The notes: generated by a model from the letters alone, not told the origin. DNA of 32,000 bases from Pseudomonas aeruginosa (GCF_001457615.1 NZ_LN831024.1:2130001-2162000); one strand, 5' to 3'. Positions 1-9,940 are shown, counted from the stretch's first letter. Program-made: numbers and translations.

Positions 1-195
1 CTCTACGGCATCAGCGTGTTGCCGACGGTCAACGATGGCGGCTGGTACCAGCCGAACGGCCTGCTCCTGCTGCCGCCTTCGGCGTTCTTCCTGATCGGCC
101 TGATCATCTGGGCCCTGCGGACCTGGAAGAAAGACCAGGTCGAGGCCCCGACCTACAAGATGGCCCCGCAGGTATCCAGCAAGGAGGCTTACTGA
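1..195 (+). CDS. nqrD: NADH:quinone oxidoreductase (NQR) subunit D, C-terminal fragment (5' end outside window)
   Basis: Frame +1 is open from the window edge to TGA 193-195. The tail (...[31 protein letters not shown]...) contains a TM helix. The stop overlaps the nqrE ATG (TGATG), and the fragment lies directly upstream of nqrE-nqrF. Confidence 0.75.
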   Translation, partial: LYGISVLPTVNDGGWYQPNGLLLLPPSAFFLIGLIIWALRTWKKDQVEAPTYKMAPQVSSKEAY

Positions 196-803
196 TGGAG
201 CACTACATCAGCCTGTTCGTGAAGGCCGTGTTCGTCGAGAACATGGCGCTGGCGTTCTTCCTCGGCATGTGTACCTTCATCGCCATCTCGAAGAAGGTGG
301 AGACCGCCATCGGCCTGGGTATCGCGGTGATCGTGGTGCAGACCATCACCGTGCCGGCCAACAACCTGATCTACACCTACCTGCTCAAGGACGGCGCGCT
401 GGCCTGGGCCGGGCTGCCCGAGGTGGACCTGAGTTTCCTCGGCCTGCTCAGCTACATCGGGGTGATCGCCGCCATCGTGCAGATCCTCGAGATGCTCCTC
501 GACAAGTACGTACCCAGCCTCTACAACGCGCTGGGCGTGTTCCTGCCGCTGATCACGGTGAACTGCGCGATCATGGCCGGCTCGCTGTTCATGGTCGAGC
601 GCGACTACAACCTTGCCGAGAGCACGGTGTACGGCGTCGGCTCGGGCTTTTCCTGGGCGCTGGCGATCGCCGCGCTGGCGGGTATCCGCGAGAAGCTCAA
701 GTACAGCGACGTCCCCGAGGGCCTGCAGGGCCTGGGGATCACCTTCATCACCATCGGCCTGATGTCGTTGGGCTTCATGTCGTTCTCCGGCGTGCAGTTG
801 TAA
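195..803 (+). CDS. nqrE: NQR subunit E (NqrE/RnfA family polytopic membrane protein)
   Basis: 202-aa hydrophobic ORF ([28 protein letters not shown]...) recognisable as NqrE. SD aaggag lies at 181-186. nqrF follows 10 nt downstream. Confidence 0.9.
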   Translation: MEHYISLFVKAVFVENMALAFFLGMCTFIAISKKVETAIGLGIAVIVVQTITVPANNLIYTYLLKDGALAWAGLPEVDLSFLGLLSYIGVIAAIVQILEMLLDKYVPSLYNALGVFLPLITVNCAIMAGSLFMVERDYNLAESTVYGVGSGFSWALAIAALAGIREKLKYSDVPEGLQGLGITFITIGLMSLGFMSFSGVQL

Positions 804-813
804 GGAGAGGCCC

Positions 814-2037
814 GTGATCGGATTCGAGATTTTCCTGGCCATCGGCATGTTCACCGCCATCGTCCTGGGCCTGGTGGCGATCATCCTGGTCGCCCGCGCC
901 AAGCTGGTGTCGAGTGGAGACGTGACCATCCAGATCAATGGCGAGCACAGCCTGACCGTGCCGGCCGGCGGCAAGCTGCTGCAAACCCTGGCGGCGAACA
1001 ACGTGTTCCTGTCTTCCGCCTGCGGCGGCGGCGGCACCTGCGCGCAGTGCAAATGCGTGGTGGTCGAGGGCGGCGGCGAGATGCTGCCGACCGAGGAGTC
1101 GCACTTCACCCGGCGCCAGGCGAAGGAAGGCTGGCGCCTGTCGTGCCAGACGCCGGTCAAGCAGGATATGCAGATCCGCGTGCCTGAAGAGGTCTTCGGG
1201 GTGAAGAAATGGGAGTGCACGGTGGAGTCCAACCCCAACGTCGCCACCTTCATCAAGGAACTCACCCTGCGACTGCCGGACGGCGAGAGCGTGGACTTTC
1301 GTGCCGGCGGCTACGTGCAGCTGGAATGCCCGCCGCACGTGGTCGAGTACAAGGACTTCGATATCCAGCCGGAATATCGCGGCGACTGGGACAAGTTCAA
1401 CATGTGGCGCTACGTGTCGAAGGTCGACGAGACGGTGATCCGCGCCTACTCGATGGCCAACTACCCGGAAGAGAAGGGCGTGGTCAAGTTCAACATCCGC
1501 ATCGCCTCGCCGCCGCCGGGCAGCGACCTGCCGCCGGGGCAGATGTCGTCCTGGGTGTTCAACCTCAAGCCGGGCGACAAGGTCACCGTGTACGGGCCGT
1601 TCGGCGAGTTCTTCGCCAAGGACACCGAGGCCGAGATGGTCTTCATCGGCGGCGGCGCCGGCATGGCGCCGATGCGTTCGCACATCTTCGACCAGTTGCG
1701 CCGGCTCAAGTCGAACCGCAAGATCAGCTTCTGGTACGGCGCGCGCTCGCTGCGCGAGGCCTTCTATACCGAGGAGTACGACCAGCTGCAGGCGGAGAAT
1801 CCCAACTTCCAGTGGCACCTGGCGCTGTCCGACCCGCAGCCGGAGGACAACTGGACCGGCCTGACCGGTTTCATCCACAACGTGCTGTTCGAGAACTACC
1901 TGAAGGACCACCCGGCGCCCGAGGACTGCGAGTTCTACATGTGCGGCCCGCCGATGATGAATGCCGCGGTGATCAAGATGCTCACCGACCTGGGCGTGGA
2001 GCGCGAGAATATCCTGCTGGACGATTTCGGTGGCTGA
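814..2037 (+). CDS. nqrF: NQR subunit F (2Fe-2S ferredoxin / FAD / NADH-binding subunit)
   Basis: 407 aa with a GTG start after aaggagag. It has an N-terminal TM helix, the 2Fe-2S motif [12 protein letters not shown], and flavin/NADH-binding regions ([22 protein letters not shown]). Confidence 0.95.
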   Translation: MIGFEIFLAIGMFTAIVLGLVAIILVARAKLVSSGDVTIQINGEHSLTVPAGGKLLQTLAANNVFLSSACGGGGTCAQCKCVVVEGGGEMLPTEESHFTRRQAKEGWRLSCQTPVKQDMQIRVPEEVFGVKKWECTVESNPNVATFIKELTLRLPDGESVDFRAGGYVQLECPPHVVEYKDFDIQPEYRGDWDKFNMWRYVSKVDETVIRAYSMANYPEEKGVVKFNIRIASPPPGSDLPPGQMSSWVFNLKPGDKVTVYGPFGEFFAKDTEAEMVFIGGGAGMAPMRSHIFDQLRRLKSNRKISFWYGARSLREAFYTEEYDQLQAENPNFQWHLALSDPQPEDNWTGLTGFIHNVLFENYLKDHPAPEDCEFYMCGPPMMNAAVIKMLTDLGVERENILLDDFGG

Positions 2038-3058
2038 GCGTTTCCGTCCGCTTGCCATGGCCGGACTGGCAGCGCTGGCGCTGGTCCTGGCCGGTTGCGG
2101 CGACACCCTGGAAAGCTTCGGCGGCCCGACCATGGGCAGCACCTATTCGATCAAGTACGTACGCGGCGCCTCGGCGCCCGACGTCCAGACGGCGAAAGCC
2201 GCGGTGGAGGCGATCCTCGCCGAGGTCGACCGGCAGATGTCCACCTACCGCGACGATTCCCTGGTCTCGCGTTTCAATGCGCTGCCGGCGCAGTCCTGCA
2301 TGGAGCTGCCGCCACCGATGCTGGAGTTGCTGCGCTACGGCGGCGAGTTGTCGGAGCAGAGCCAGGGCGCCTTCGACATGACCGTCGAGCCGCTGATGAA
2401 CCTCTGGGGCTTCGGTCCGCAGGCGCGGGTAGAGAAGGTTCCCAGCGCCGAGCAGATCGCCGCGGTGCGCCGTGACGTCGGCCATCGACACCTGCGCATC
2501 GACGGCCAGCGCCTGTGCAAGGACGCCGCCGTACAATTGGACTTCGACAGCATCGCCGCTGGCTATACGGTGGACGCGGTAGGCGAACGCCTGAAGGAGC
2601 TCGGCGTGCGCAGCTACCTGGCGGAAATCACCGGCGAGTTGAAAGCCGAAGGGCGCAAGCCGGACGGCACGCCCTGGCGCATCGCTATCGAAGCGCCGCG
2701 CGAGGGCCAGCGGGTCGCCCAGCAGGTACTGGCGCTGGACGGCTACGGCGTCTCGACCTCGGGCGATTACCGCAACTATTTCGAAGAGAACGGCCAGCGC
2801 TATTCGCACACCTTCGACCCGCGCACCGGCGCGCCGATCGACCATCACCTGGCTTCGGTCACGGTGATCGATCCGTCGACGCGCAACGCCGACGGCCTGT
2901 CGACCCTGCTGATGGCGCTCGGTCCGGAGGAGGGCTACCGTTTCGCCGAGAAGCACCGACTGGCGGCGCTGTTCGTCAGTCGCCAGGGCAACGGTTTCGA
3001 CAGCCGCACCACGCCACGCTACGAGCAACTGTTCGGCAACCAAGGAGAACGTCCATGA
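2030..3058 (+). CDS. apbE: FAD:protein FMN transferase (ApbE/Ftp family) lipoprotein
   Basis: 342 aa with a lipobox LVLAGC after a positively charged n-region. The ApbE-like body and the position after nqrF support the call. GTG 2030 overlaps the nqrF stop by 8 nt. ATG 2057 is an alternative start. Confidence 0.85.
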   Translation: MAERFRPLAMAGLAALALVLAGCGDTLESFGGPTMGSTYSIKYVRGASAPDVQTAKAAVEAILAEVDRQMSTYRDDSLVSRFNALPAQSCMELPPPMLELLRYGGELSEQSQGAFDMTVEPLMNLWGFGPQARVEKVPSAEQIAAVRRDVGHRHLRIDGQRLCKDAAVQLDFDSIAAGYTVDAVGERLKELGVRSYLAEITGELKAEGRKPDGTPWRIAIEAPREGQRVAQQVLALDGYGVSTSGDYRNYFEENGQRYSHTFDPRTGAPIDHHLASVTVIDPSTRNADGLSTLLMALGPEEGYRFAEKHRLAALFVSRQGNGFDSRTTPRYEQLFGNQGERP

Positions 3059-3282
3059 CCTGGCTACTGGTCTTCGTCATCATGCTGCTGGTGGTCTTCG
3101 GCATGTCCATCGGCGTCATCATGGGCCGCAAGCCAATCGCCGGTTCCTGCGGCGGCATCGCCAACCTGGGGATCGAGAAGGAATGCTCGATCTGCGGCGG
3201 CGACCGGCAGAAATGCGAGGAAGCCAACCGCGACGAATCTGTAGTGCCCGGAAAACTCGCCTACGACGCGACCAAACGCTAA
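3055..3282 (+). CDS. nqrM: (Na+)-NQR maturation protein NqrM (small membrane Cys-rich protein)
   Basis: 75 aa beginning [24 protein letters not shown] (one TM helix), followed by the Cys cluster GSCGG...CSICGG...C. Its ATG overlaps the apbE stop (ATGA). SD ggaga lies upstream. Confidence 0.8.
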   Translation: MTWLLVFVIMLLVVFGMSIGVIMGRKPIAGSCGGIANLGIEKECSICGGDRQKCEEANRDESVVPGKLAYDATKR

Positions 3283-3460
3283 TGTGCGACATTTCGCACA
3301 GGGCGTAACATATGCCCGCCTCGAGGTCGGACCGAGCCTTGCCCGGCGAATGCCGCCGTTCGCACCGACCCGATGATCGAATCGATCCGCCGCGCACATG
3401 TTGTGCAGCGGCTTTGCCGGAGGCGCCAGTGGGCGCCTCGGCCTGTTCTGAGGAGTACGC

Positions 3461-4855
3461 ATGGCTGTCTACAACTACGACGTGGTGATTTTGGGCACGG
3501 GTCCGGCGGGCGAAGGGGCGGCGATGAACGCCTCCAAGTACGGACGCAAGCTGGCGGTAGTCGACAGCCGTCGCGTGGTCGGAGGCAACTGCACGCACCT
3601 CGGCACCATTCCTTCCAAGGCCCTGCGCCACTCGGTGAAGCAGATCATCGAGTTCAACACCAACCCGATGTTCCGCCAGATCGGCGAGCCGCGCTGGTTC
3701 TCCTTCCCCGACGTGCTGAAGAGCGCCGACCGGGTGATCTCCAAGCAGGTCGCCTCGCGTACCGGCTACTACGCGCGCAATCGCATCGACATGTTCACCG
3801 GCACCGCCAGCTTCGTCGACGAACGCACCGTCGAAGTGGTGACGCCGAGCGGCGCGGTGGAGCGCCTGGTCGCCGACCAGTTCGTGATCGCCACCGGCTC
3901 GCGCCCGTATCGTCCTTCGGACATCAATTTCAACCACCCGCGGGTCTACGACAGCGACACCATCCTGTCCCTGAGCCACACCCCGCGCCGGCTGATCATC
4001 TACGGAGCCGGGGTGATCGGCTGCGAATACGCGTCGATCTTCAGCGGCCTGGGCGTGCTGGTGGACCTGATCGATACGCGCGACCAGTTGCTCAGCTTCC
4101 TCGATGACGAGATTTCCGATGCGCTGAGCTACCACCTGCGCAACAACAACGTGCTGATCCGCCACAACGAGGAGTACGAGCGCGTCGAGGGGCTGGACAA
4201 CGGTGTCATCCTGCACCTGAAGTCGGGCAAGAAGATCAAGGCGGACGCGCTGCTCTGGTGCAACGGCCGGACCGGCAACACCGACAAGCTCGGCCTGGAG
4301 AACGTCGGCATCAAGGTCAACAGCCGTGGCCAGATCGAGGTGGACGAGAACTACCGCACTTCGGTGAGCAACATCTTCGCCGCTGGCGACGTGATCGGCT
4401 GGCCGAGCCTGGCCAGCGCTGCCTACGACCAGGGCCGCTCGGCCGCCGGCAACATCGTCGAGAGCGACAGCTGGCGCTTCGTCAACGATGTGCCGACCGG
4501 CATCTACACCATTCCGGAGATCAGCTCGATCGGCAAGAACGAAAGCGAACTGACCGCGGCGAAGATTCCCTACGAAGTGGGCAAGGCGTTCTTCAAGGGC
4601 ATGGCCCGGGCGCAGATTTCCAACGAGCCGGTGGGCATGCTGAAGATCCTGTTCCATCGCGAGACCCTGGAGATCCTCGGCGTGCACTGCTTCGGCGACC
4701 AGGCTTCGGAAATCGTCCACATCGGCCAGGCGATCATGAACCAGCCGGGCGAGCTGAATACCCTGAAGTACTTCGTCAACACCACCTTCAACTACCCGAC
4801 CATGGCGGAAGCCTATCGGGTAGCGGCGTTCGACGGCCTCAACCGGCTTTTTTGA
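3461..4855 (+). CDS. sthA: Soluble pyridine nucleotide transhydrogenase
   Basis: 464 aa beginning [22 protein letters not shown] (a GxGxxG FAD fold), with a second dinucleotide fold [16 protein letters not shown] gaggag lies 7 nt upstream. The sequence is close to E. coli SthA throughout. Confidence 0.95.
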
Positions 4856-4859
4856 AGGA

Positions 4860-4888
4860 CTCCGGCCGGCGGCCTGAGCCGGCCGGAG
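4860..4888. terminator. GC-rich hairpin between convergent sthA and the phosphodiesterase gene
   Basis: CTCCGGCCGGC (4860-4870), a 7-nt loop, then GCCGGCCGGAG (4878-4888) give an 11-bp perfect stem. There is no canonical U-tract on either side, so the terminator function is inferred from position only. Confidence 0.4.
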
Positions 4889-4897
4889 GGGATGTGC

Positions 4898-5620
4898 TCA
4901 GCGATTCCCGAGGGTGGCGCTGGCCAAACCGGGAAAGTCTGTGATCAGGCTGTCCACGCCGAAGTCGGCGAGCCGGCGCATCAGCGCCGGTTCGTTGACC
5001 GTCCACACCGAGACGTGAAGCCCCTGGCGCTGGGCCTTGAGCAGGCGTTCCGGGGTGCATAGGGTCCAGTTCAGGGCGAGCAGGGCACAGCCATAGTGCT
5101 GGGCGACCTTCAGCGGGTCGAGCCAGGCGTATTCGGCGACCAGCCCGCGCGACAGCTCTGGGGTCAGTTCGTTGAGGGCCTTGAGCACGGTCCGCGAACC
5201 GCTGGTGACGGTGACCTTGTCGCGGTTGCCGAAGCGCTCGGTCAGCTCCCTGATCCGCGTTACCGTCCGCGCCGCGCGTTCGCGCGAGGCGCTCTTCACT
5301 TCCAGCTGCCAGTGCTCGAACGGGCACTTCTCGAACAGCTCCTCCAGCCGCGGGATCGGCGTCGGCCGTACCCAGCCGGGGCCGCCCTTGCGCGCGTCGT
5401 AGGTGGCCAGGGTGGCCGCGTCGTGTTCGGCGACCTTGCCGCGGCGGCCGGTGGTGCGCTTCAGGGTCGGGTCGTGGATCACCATCAGTTCGCCGTCGCG
5501 GGACAGGTGCAGGTCCAGTTCGCAACGGTTGACGCCATGCTCCAGGCAGCGCTGGAAGCTGGCCAGGGTGTTTTCCGGCGCTTCGCCCTTGGCGCCGCGA
5601 TGTCCATAGATGAGAGTCAC
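4898..5620 (-). CDS. Glycerophosphodiester phosphodiesterase (GDPD family, cytoplasmic UgpQ-like)
   Basis: 240 aa from GTG 5620, which is preceded by AAGGAG. The N-terminus VTLIYGHRGAKGEAPENTLASF...ELDLHLSRDGELMVIHD matches the GDPD HRG / E-D-H motifs. The longer 335-aa ORF upstream has no homology-like content and overlaps the neighbouring ORF. Confidence 0.85.
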   Translation of the reverse strand: MTLIYGHRGAKGEAPENTLASFQRCLEHGVNRCELDLHLSRDGELMVIHDPTLKRTTGRRGKVAEHDAATLATYDARKGGPGWVRPTPIPRLEELFEKCPFEHWQLEVKSASRERAARTVTRIRELTERFGNRDKVTVTSGSRTVLKALNELTPELSRGLVAEYAWLDPLKVAQHYGCALLALNWTLCTPERLLKAQRQGLHVSVWTVNEPALMRRLADFGVDSLITDFPGLASATLGNR

Positions 5621-5931
5621 TGTGGCTCCTTGTTCGAGGGTTGCGCGGGATTCCGCGGCCGATGATGGCGAACGCTGTCGAGCACCCGGCCGCTTTCGAA
5701 ATATACCGAGAAGTCGCGGTAATCCCAGCGCACGATGGGCGGCTGGCCGACCGCGGGATGTTCCTCGTCGGTCAGGCCGAAGCGTTGCAGCACGGCTTCG
5801 CGGCTTTCGCCGTGCGCGGGCAGGGCGACCCGGGTATCGCCCTGGGCGCCCAGCGGAATGCTCAGGGTGTCGGCGAACAGCGGCGGGGCGAGGAGGAGGG
5901 AGCACAGCAGTAGCGAACGGAGCATCGGCAC
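5617..5931 (-). CDS. Small secreted/periplasmic protein of unknown function
   Basis: 102-104 aa (GTG 5931 or ATG 5925). It has a signal peptide MLRSLLLCSLLLAPPLFA/DT and high GC3 codon usage. Its stop overlaps the GTG start of the downstream phosphodiesterase (GTGA at 5617-5620). Confidence 0.6.
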   Translation of the reverse strand: MPMLRSLLLCSLLLAPPLFADTLSIPLGAQGDTRVALPAHGESREAVLQRFGLTDEEHPAVGQPPIVRWDYRDFSVYFESGRVLDSVRHHRPRNPAQPSNKEPQ

Positions 5932-5934
5932 ATC

Positions 5935-5968
5935 TCAGGTCGAAGAAGGTTTCAGGTCGAAGAAGGTT
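5935..5968. repeat. Perfect 17-bp tandem duplication (TCAGGTCGAAGAAGGTT x2)
   Basis: Copy 1 spans 5935-5951 and copy 2 spans 5952-5968, and they are identical. The copy-2 'tca' is the PilZ gene stop codon on the minus strand. Confidence 0.95.
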
Positions 5969-6550
5969 GGCCCGGCTCGCCGAGCGGGCCCTGTCCGGCC
6001 CGTGCCAGGCGGCGCTGCTGGGCCTGCTTCTGGAGGATATGCCGGGCCAGCAACTGGCGCTGTGCGTCGCTCAACGCTTCGAACTCGGTGCCGATCTCGA
6101 ATTCGTCGTCGTGTGGCTGGGCGTGGATTACCCGGGCCCGCAGTTCGAGGCCGAACCCCTGCGGCAACAGGACCATGCGCAGGACGAGCAACTGGCCGAC
6201 CGGCAATGCGCGGTCGTGGCGGAAGCTGACTCCCCCCTCGGACAGGCTGACCTTGCGCGGTTCGCCGATCTCCTTGAGCAGGCTCTGCACCATGACCTGG
6301 CCAAGCAGGTCGATGCGCTTGTTCATCACCTTCAGGTAGTTGGCCAGCGTGCGGTCGCGTTCGCTGATGTGGCGCAGCAGGTGCTGCGACTCGTAATCCA
6401 TCAGGTGGAGGTCGCTGAGCAGGCTGAACAGGGTGGCCCCGGCTCGCTCTCCAGGCTGTCTTCGACGGCCCCGGCAGGGCGAAATTCCAGTGCGAGGGTA
6501 TCTTCGATACGGTAGTATTCGCGGCGGTCATCCGCGTCACGAGTGGACAT
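5952..6550 (-). pseudogene. PilZ-domain (c-di-GMP receptor family) gene, apparently frameshifted into 49-aa and 149-aa pieces
   Basis: ATG 6550 opens MSTRDADDRREYYRIEDTLALEFRP... (RxxxR motif RREYYR) and ends at TGA 6403-6401. The rest of the domain (...KVSLSEGGVSFRHD..., a DxSxxG-like motif) lies in another frame at 5952-6401. That frame is open upstream to 6527 and reads ...GATLFSLLSDLHLMDYES. One extra base in the CCGGGGCCACCC stretch (6431-6442) would fuse the two into about 199 aa. Confidence 0.6.
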
Positions 6551-6652
6551 GGCGAACCCACGGCGGCAGTGATGGTCAGAGTGTAAGGCCGCCGGCGATG
6601 CCTCGCCACTTCGCCATCCCGACGCATCCATTTTCTGCCAGCTAAGGGCGAC

Positions 6653-7903
6653 ATGTTCAGACCCCTGTCCGTTTTCATCGGCACGCGCTATACGCGGGCC
6701 AAACGTCGCAGCCATTTCGTCTCCTTCATTTCGCTGACCTCGATGATCGGCCTGGCACTGGGCGTGCTGGTGATGATCGTGGTGCTCTCGGTGATGAACG
6801 GCTTCGATCGCGAAATGCGTACCCGCATCCTCGGCATGGTGCCGCAGGCCACCGTCGAGTCGTACCAGCCCATCGATGACTGGCGCGCCCTGGCCGAGAA
6901 GGTCAAGGCCCACGAGCATGTCACCGCGGTAGCGCCGTTCACCCAGATGCAGGGCATGCTCAGCGCCAATGGCGCGGTGCAGACGGTGATGGTCGATGCG
7001 GTCGATCCGCTGGAAGAGGCCAAGGTCTCGATCATTCCCGATTTCTTCAAGCAGGGCTCGCTGGCGGAACTCAAGGCCGGCGGCTTCGGCATCGTCATCG
7101 GCCAACTGGCGGCGCAGAAGCTCGGCGTCGGCATCGGCGACAAGGTCACCCTGATCCTCCCCGAGGTGGCGGTCACCCCGGCCGGGGTATTCCCGCGGAT
7201 GAAGCGTTTCACCGTGGTCGGCACCTTCCGCGTCGGCGCCGGCGAACTGGATGGCGGCCTGTCGCTGATCCACCTGGAAGACGCCGCGCGCCTGCAGCGC
7301 TGGAAGACCAACCAGGTACAGGGGCTGCGCCTGAAGCTCGACGACCTGTTCCAGGCGCCGCGGGTGGCCTGGGAGATCGCCCGGACCCTGACCGACAATG
7401 ACTTCTACGCCCGCGACTGGACGCGCAGCCACGGCAACCTGTACCAGGCCATCCGCATGGAAAAGACCATGATCGGCCTGTTGCTGCTGCTGATCGTCGC
7501 GGTCGCCGCGTTCAACATCATTTCCACCCTGGTGATGGTGGTCACCGACAAGAAGTCGGACATCGCCATCCTTCGTACCCTCGGCGCCACGCCGGGGCAG
7601 ATCATGGCTACCTTCATGGTCCAGGGCACGGTGATCGGGGTGATCGGCACGCTGGTCGGCGGGGTCCTCGGGGTGGTCGCGGCGCTCAACGTCAGCGCCT
7701 GGATTTCCGCCCTGGAAAAGCTGCTGGGCCACCAGTTCCTCGCGTCCGACGTGTACTTCATCGATTACCTGCCGTCGCAACTGATGCTCGACGATGTCGT
7801 GCTGGTCTGCGGCGCGGCCCTGGTCCTCAGCTTCTTCGCCACTTTGTATCCAGCCTGGCGTGCGGCGCGCACCCAGCCTGCGGAGGCTTTGCGTTATGAA
7901 TGA
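6653..7903 (+). CDS. lolC: Lipoprotein-releasing system permease LolC
   Basis: 416 aa beginning [19 protein letters not shown]. It has FtsX-like permease topology with a large periplasmic loop. It is the first gene of a lolC-lolD-lolE arrangement. Confidence 0.9.
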   Translation: MFRPLSVFIGTRYTRAKRRSHFVSFISLTSMIGLALGVLVMIVVLSVMNGFDREMRTRILGMVPQATVESYQPIDDWRALAEKVKAHEHVTAVAPFTQMQGMLSANGAVQTVMVDAVDPLEEAKVSIIPDFFKQGSLAELKAGGFGIVIGQLAAQKLGVGIGDKVTLILPEVAVTPAGVFPRMKRFTVVGTFRVGAGELDGGLSLIHLEDAARLQRWKTNQVQGLRLKLDDLFQAPRVAWEIARTLTDNDFYARDWTRSHGNLYQAIRMEKTMIGLLLLLIVAVAAFNIISTLVMVVTDKKSDIAILRTLGATPGQIMATFMVQGTVIGVIGTLVGGVLGVVAALNVSAWISALEKLLGHQFLASDVYFIDYLPSQLMLDDVVLVCGAALVLSFFATLYPAWRAARTQPAEALRYE

Positions 7904-8579
7904 CAAGTCGGTGCTGAGTTGCCGCAACCTGAGCAAGAGCTACGACGAGGGGCCGCAATCGGTGCAGGTGCTGTCCGGCGTCGAGTTGAACCTGCTGCCT
8001 GGGGAGCGGGTGGCTATCGTCGGCAGCTCCGGTTCGGGCAAGAGCACCTTGCTGAACATGCTCGGCGGCCTGGACACGCCCTCCGCCGGCAGCGTCTGGC
8101 TCGCCGGCGAGGAACTCTCGGCGCTGAACGAGACGGCCCGCGGGCTGCTGCGCAACCGCGCGCTGGGCTTCGTCTACCAGTTCCACCACCTGTTGCCGGA
8201 GTTCACCGCCCTGGAGAACGTCTGCATGCCGCTGTTGATCGGCCGCACGCCGATCGCGGAAGCCCGCCAGCGGGCGGCCGAGCTGCTGGAGCGGGTCGGG
8301 CTGGGTCATCGCCTGTCGCACAAGCCGGCCGAGCTGTCCGGCGGCGAGCGCCAGCGGGTGGCGATCGCCCGCGCGCTGGTCAACCGTCCGCAGCTGGTAC
8401 TGCTCGACGAGCCCACCGGCAACCTTGACCAGCATACCGCCCAGGGTATCCAGGAGCTGATGCTGGAACTGAGCCGTTCGTTGCAGACCTCGTTCCTGGT
8501 GGTAACCCACGATCTCCAGCTGGCCGGGCACATGGATCGCATCCTGCGCCTGGAAGAAGGCCGACTGATCGCCGCGTAG
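7896..8579 (+). CDS. lolD: Lipoprotein-releasing system ATP-binding protein LolD
   Basis: 227 aa from ATG 7896, overlapping the lolC stop by 8 nt. It carries Walker [10 protein letters not shown], the ABC signature LSGGERQR and Walker B LVLLDEPT. Confidence 0.95.
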   Translation: MNDKSVLSCRNLSKSYDEGPQSVQVLSGVELNLLPGERVAIVGSSGSGKSTLLNMLGGLDTPSAGSVWLAGEELSALNETARGLLRNRALGFVYQFHHLLPEFTALENVCMPLLIGRTPIAEARQRAAELLERVGLGHRLSHKPAELSGGERQRVAIARALVNRPQLVLLDEPTGNLDQHTAQGIQELMLELSRSLQTSFLVVTHDLQLAGHMDRILRLEEGRLIAA

Positions 8580-8648
8580 CGGGGCGACGGCGTGCCCGCC
8601 GTCCGCTCCCGTCCGGCGAATCCCCCATCGACTCGGTGCATCCGCGAC

Positions 8649-9893
8649 ATGTTCAGACCGTTACCGTTCTTCATAGGCCTGCGCTACACCCGCGCCAAAC
8701 GCCGCAACCACTACATCTCGTTCATCTCGCTGACCTCGATGATCGGCCTGGCGCTGGGCGTGCTGGCGATGATCATCGTGCTCTCGGTGATGAACGGCTT
8801 CCAGAAGGAAATGCGCACGCGGATCCTCGGCATGGTGCCGCATGCCACCATCAGCGCGGCGCAGCCGCTGGACGACTGGCAGACCGTCGCCAACGCGGCG
8901 CTTCGGCACCGCGAGGTGGTCGGCGCGGCGCCGTTCGCCGAACTGCAGGGCATGCTGTCGTACAAGGGCAACATGCTGCCGGTGCTGGTCAACGGCATCG
9001 ACCCGCAGGAGGAGCGCAAGGTTTCCATCATCGGCGAGCACATCGTCCAGGGCAGCCTGGACGACCTCAAGCCTGGCGAGTTCGGCATCGTCCTCGGCGA
9101 GATCACCGCGCGGCGCTTCCATGTCAATGTCGGCGACAAGCTGACCCTGATCGTCCCGGAAGCCACCAGTGCGCCGGGCGGCATCACTCCGCGCATGCAG
9201 CGCTTCACCATCGTCGCCCTGTTCAAGGTCGGCGCCGAACTGGACAACTCGCTGGCGCTGATCGACATCGCCGATGCCGGCCAGTTGCTGCGCCTGCAAC
9301 CGGGCCAGGTGCCGAGCGTGCGCCTGGAGCTGAAGGATCTCTACCAGTCGCCGCAGGTCGCCGCCAAGGTGGTCAAGGAGTTGGGGCAGGGCTTCAGGTC
9401 CAGCGACTGGACCAGGACCCAGGGCAGCCTGTTCAACGCGATGAAGATGGAAAAGACCATGATCGGCCTGCTCCTGCTGCTGATCATCGCGGTCGCCGCC
9501 TTCAACATCATCGCCACCCTGATCATGGTGGTCGCCGACAAGCGCACCGACATCGCGATTCTTCGTACCCTCGGCGCCACGCCGCGGCAGATCATGGCGA
9601 TCTTCATGGTCCAGGGCACCGTCATCGGCGTGATCGGGACGGTCATCGGCGGGGTACTCGGGGTGTTCGCGGCGTTGAACATCACCGGGATGATCGACCG
9701 CATCGAACGGTTGGTCGGACACAAGGTCTTCAGCTCGGATGTGTACTTCATCAACTACCTGCCTTCCGATCTGCAGGTGCTGGACGTGGTGCTGATCTGC
9801 AGCGCTGCATTGCTGATGAGCTTCCTCGCCACCCTGTACCCATCCTGGCGCGCGGCGCGGACACAACCGGCCGAGTCGCTGCGCTACGAGTGA
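8649..9893 (+). CDS. lolE: Lipoprotein-releasing system permease LolE
   Basis: 414 aa from ATG 8649 ([19 protein letters not shown]). It is a paralogue of lolC with the same architecture. Confidence 0.9.
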   Translation: MFRPLPFFIGLRYTRAKRRNHYISFISLTSMIGLALGVLAMIIVLSVMNGFQKEMRTRILGMVPHATISAAQPLDDWQTVANAALRHREVVGAAPFAELQGMLSYKGNMLPVLVNGIDPQEERKVSIIGEHIVQGSLDDLKPGEFGIVLGEITARRFHVNVGDKLTLIVPEATSAPGGITPRMQRFTIVALFKVGAELDNSLALIDIADAGQLLRLQPGQVPSVRLELKDLYQSPQVAAKVVKELGQGFRSSDWTRTQGSLFNAMKMEKTMIGLLLLLIIAVAAFNIIATLIMVVADKRTDIAILRTLGATPRQIMAIFMVQGTVIGVIGTVIGGVLGVFAALNITGMIDRIERLVGHKVFSSDVYFINYLPSDLQVLDVVLICSAALLMSFLATLYPSWRAARTQPAESLRYE

Positions 9894-9940
9894 GCGAGAA
9901 GGCCTGCGCCAGTCCCAGCACGGGGCGGACAAGGCCCACG

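Noticed and set aside
6653-9893. Long near-identical nucleotide stretches repeated about 2 kb apart (for example tcgctgacctcgatgatcggcctggc, gtgctctcggtgatgaacggcttc, gaaaagaccatgatcggcctg)
   Set aside because: They are explained by lolC/lolE paralogy, with the same reading frame and the same positions in both proteins. They are not terminal repeats of a mobile element.
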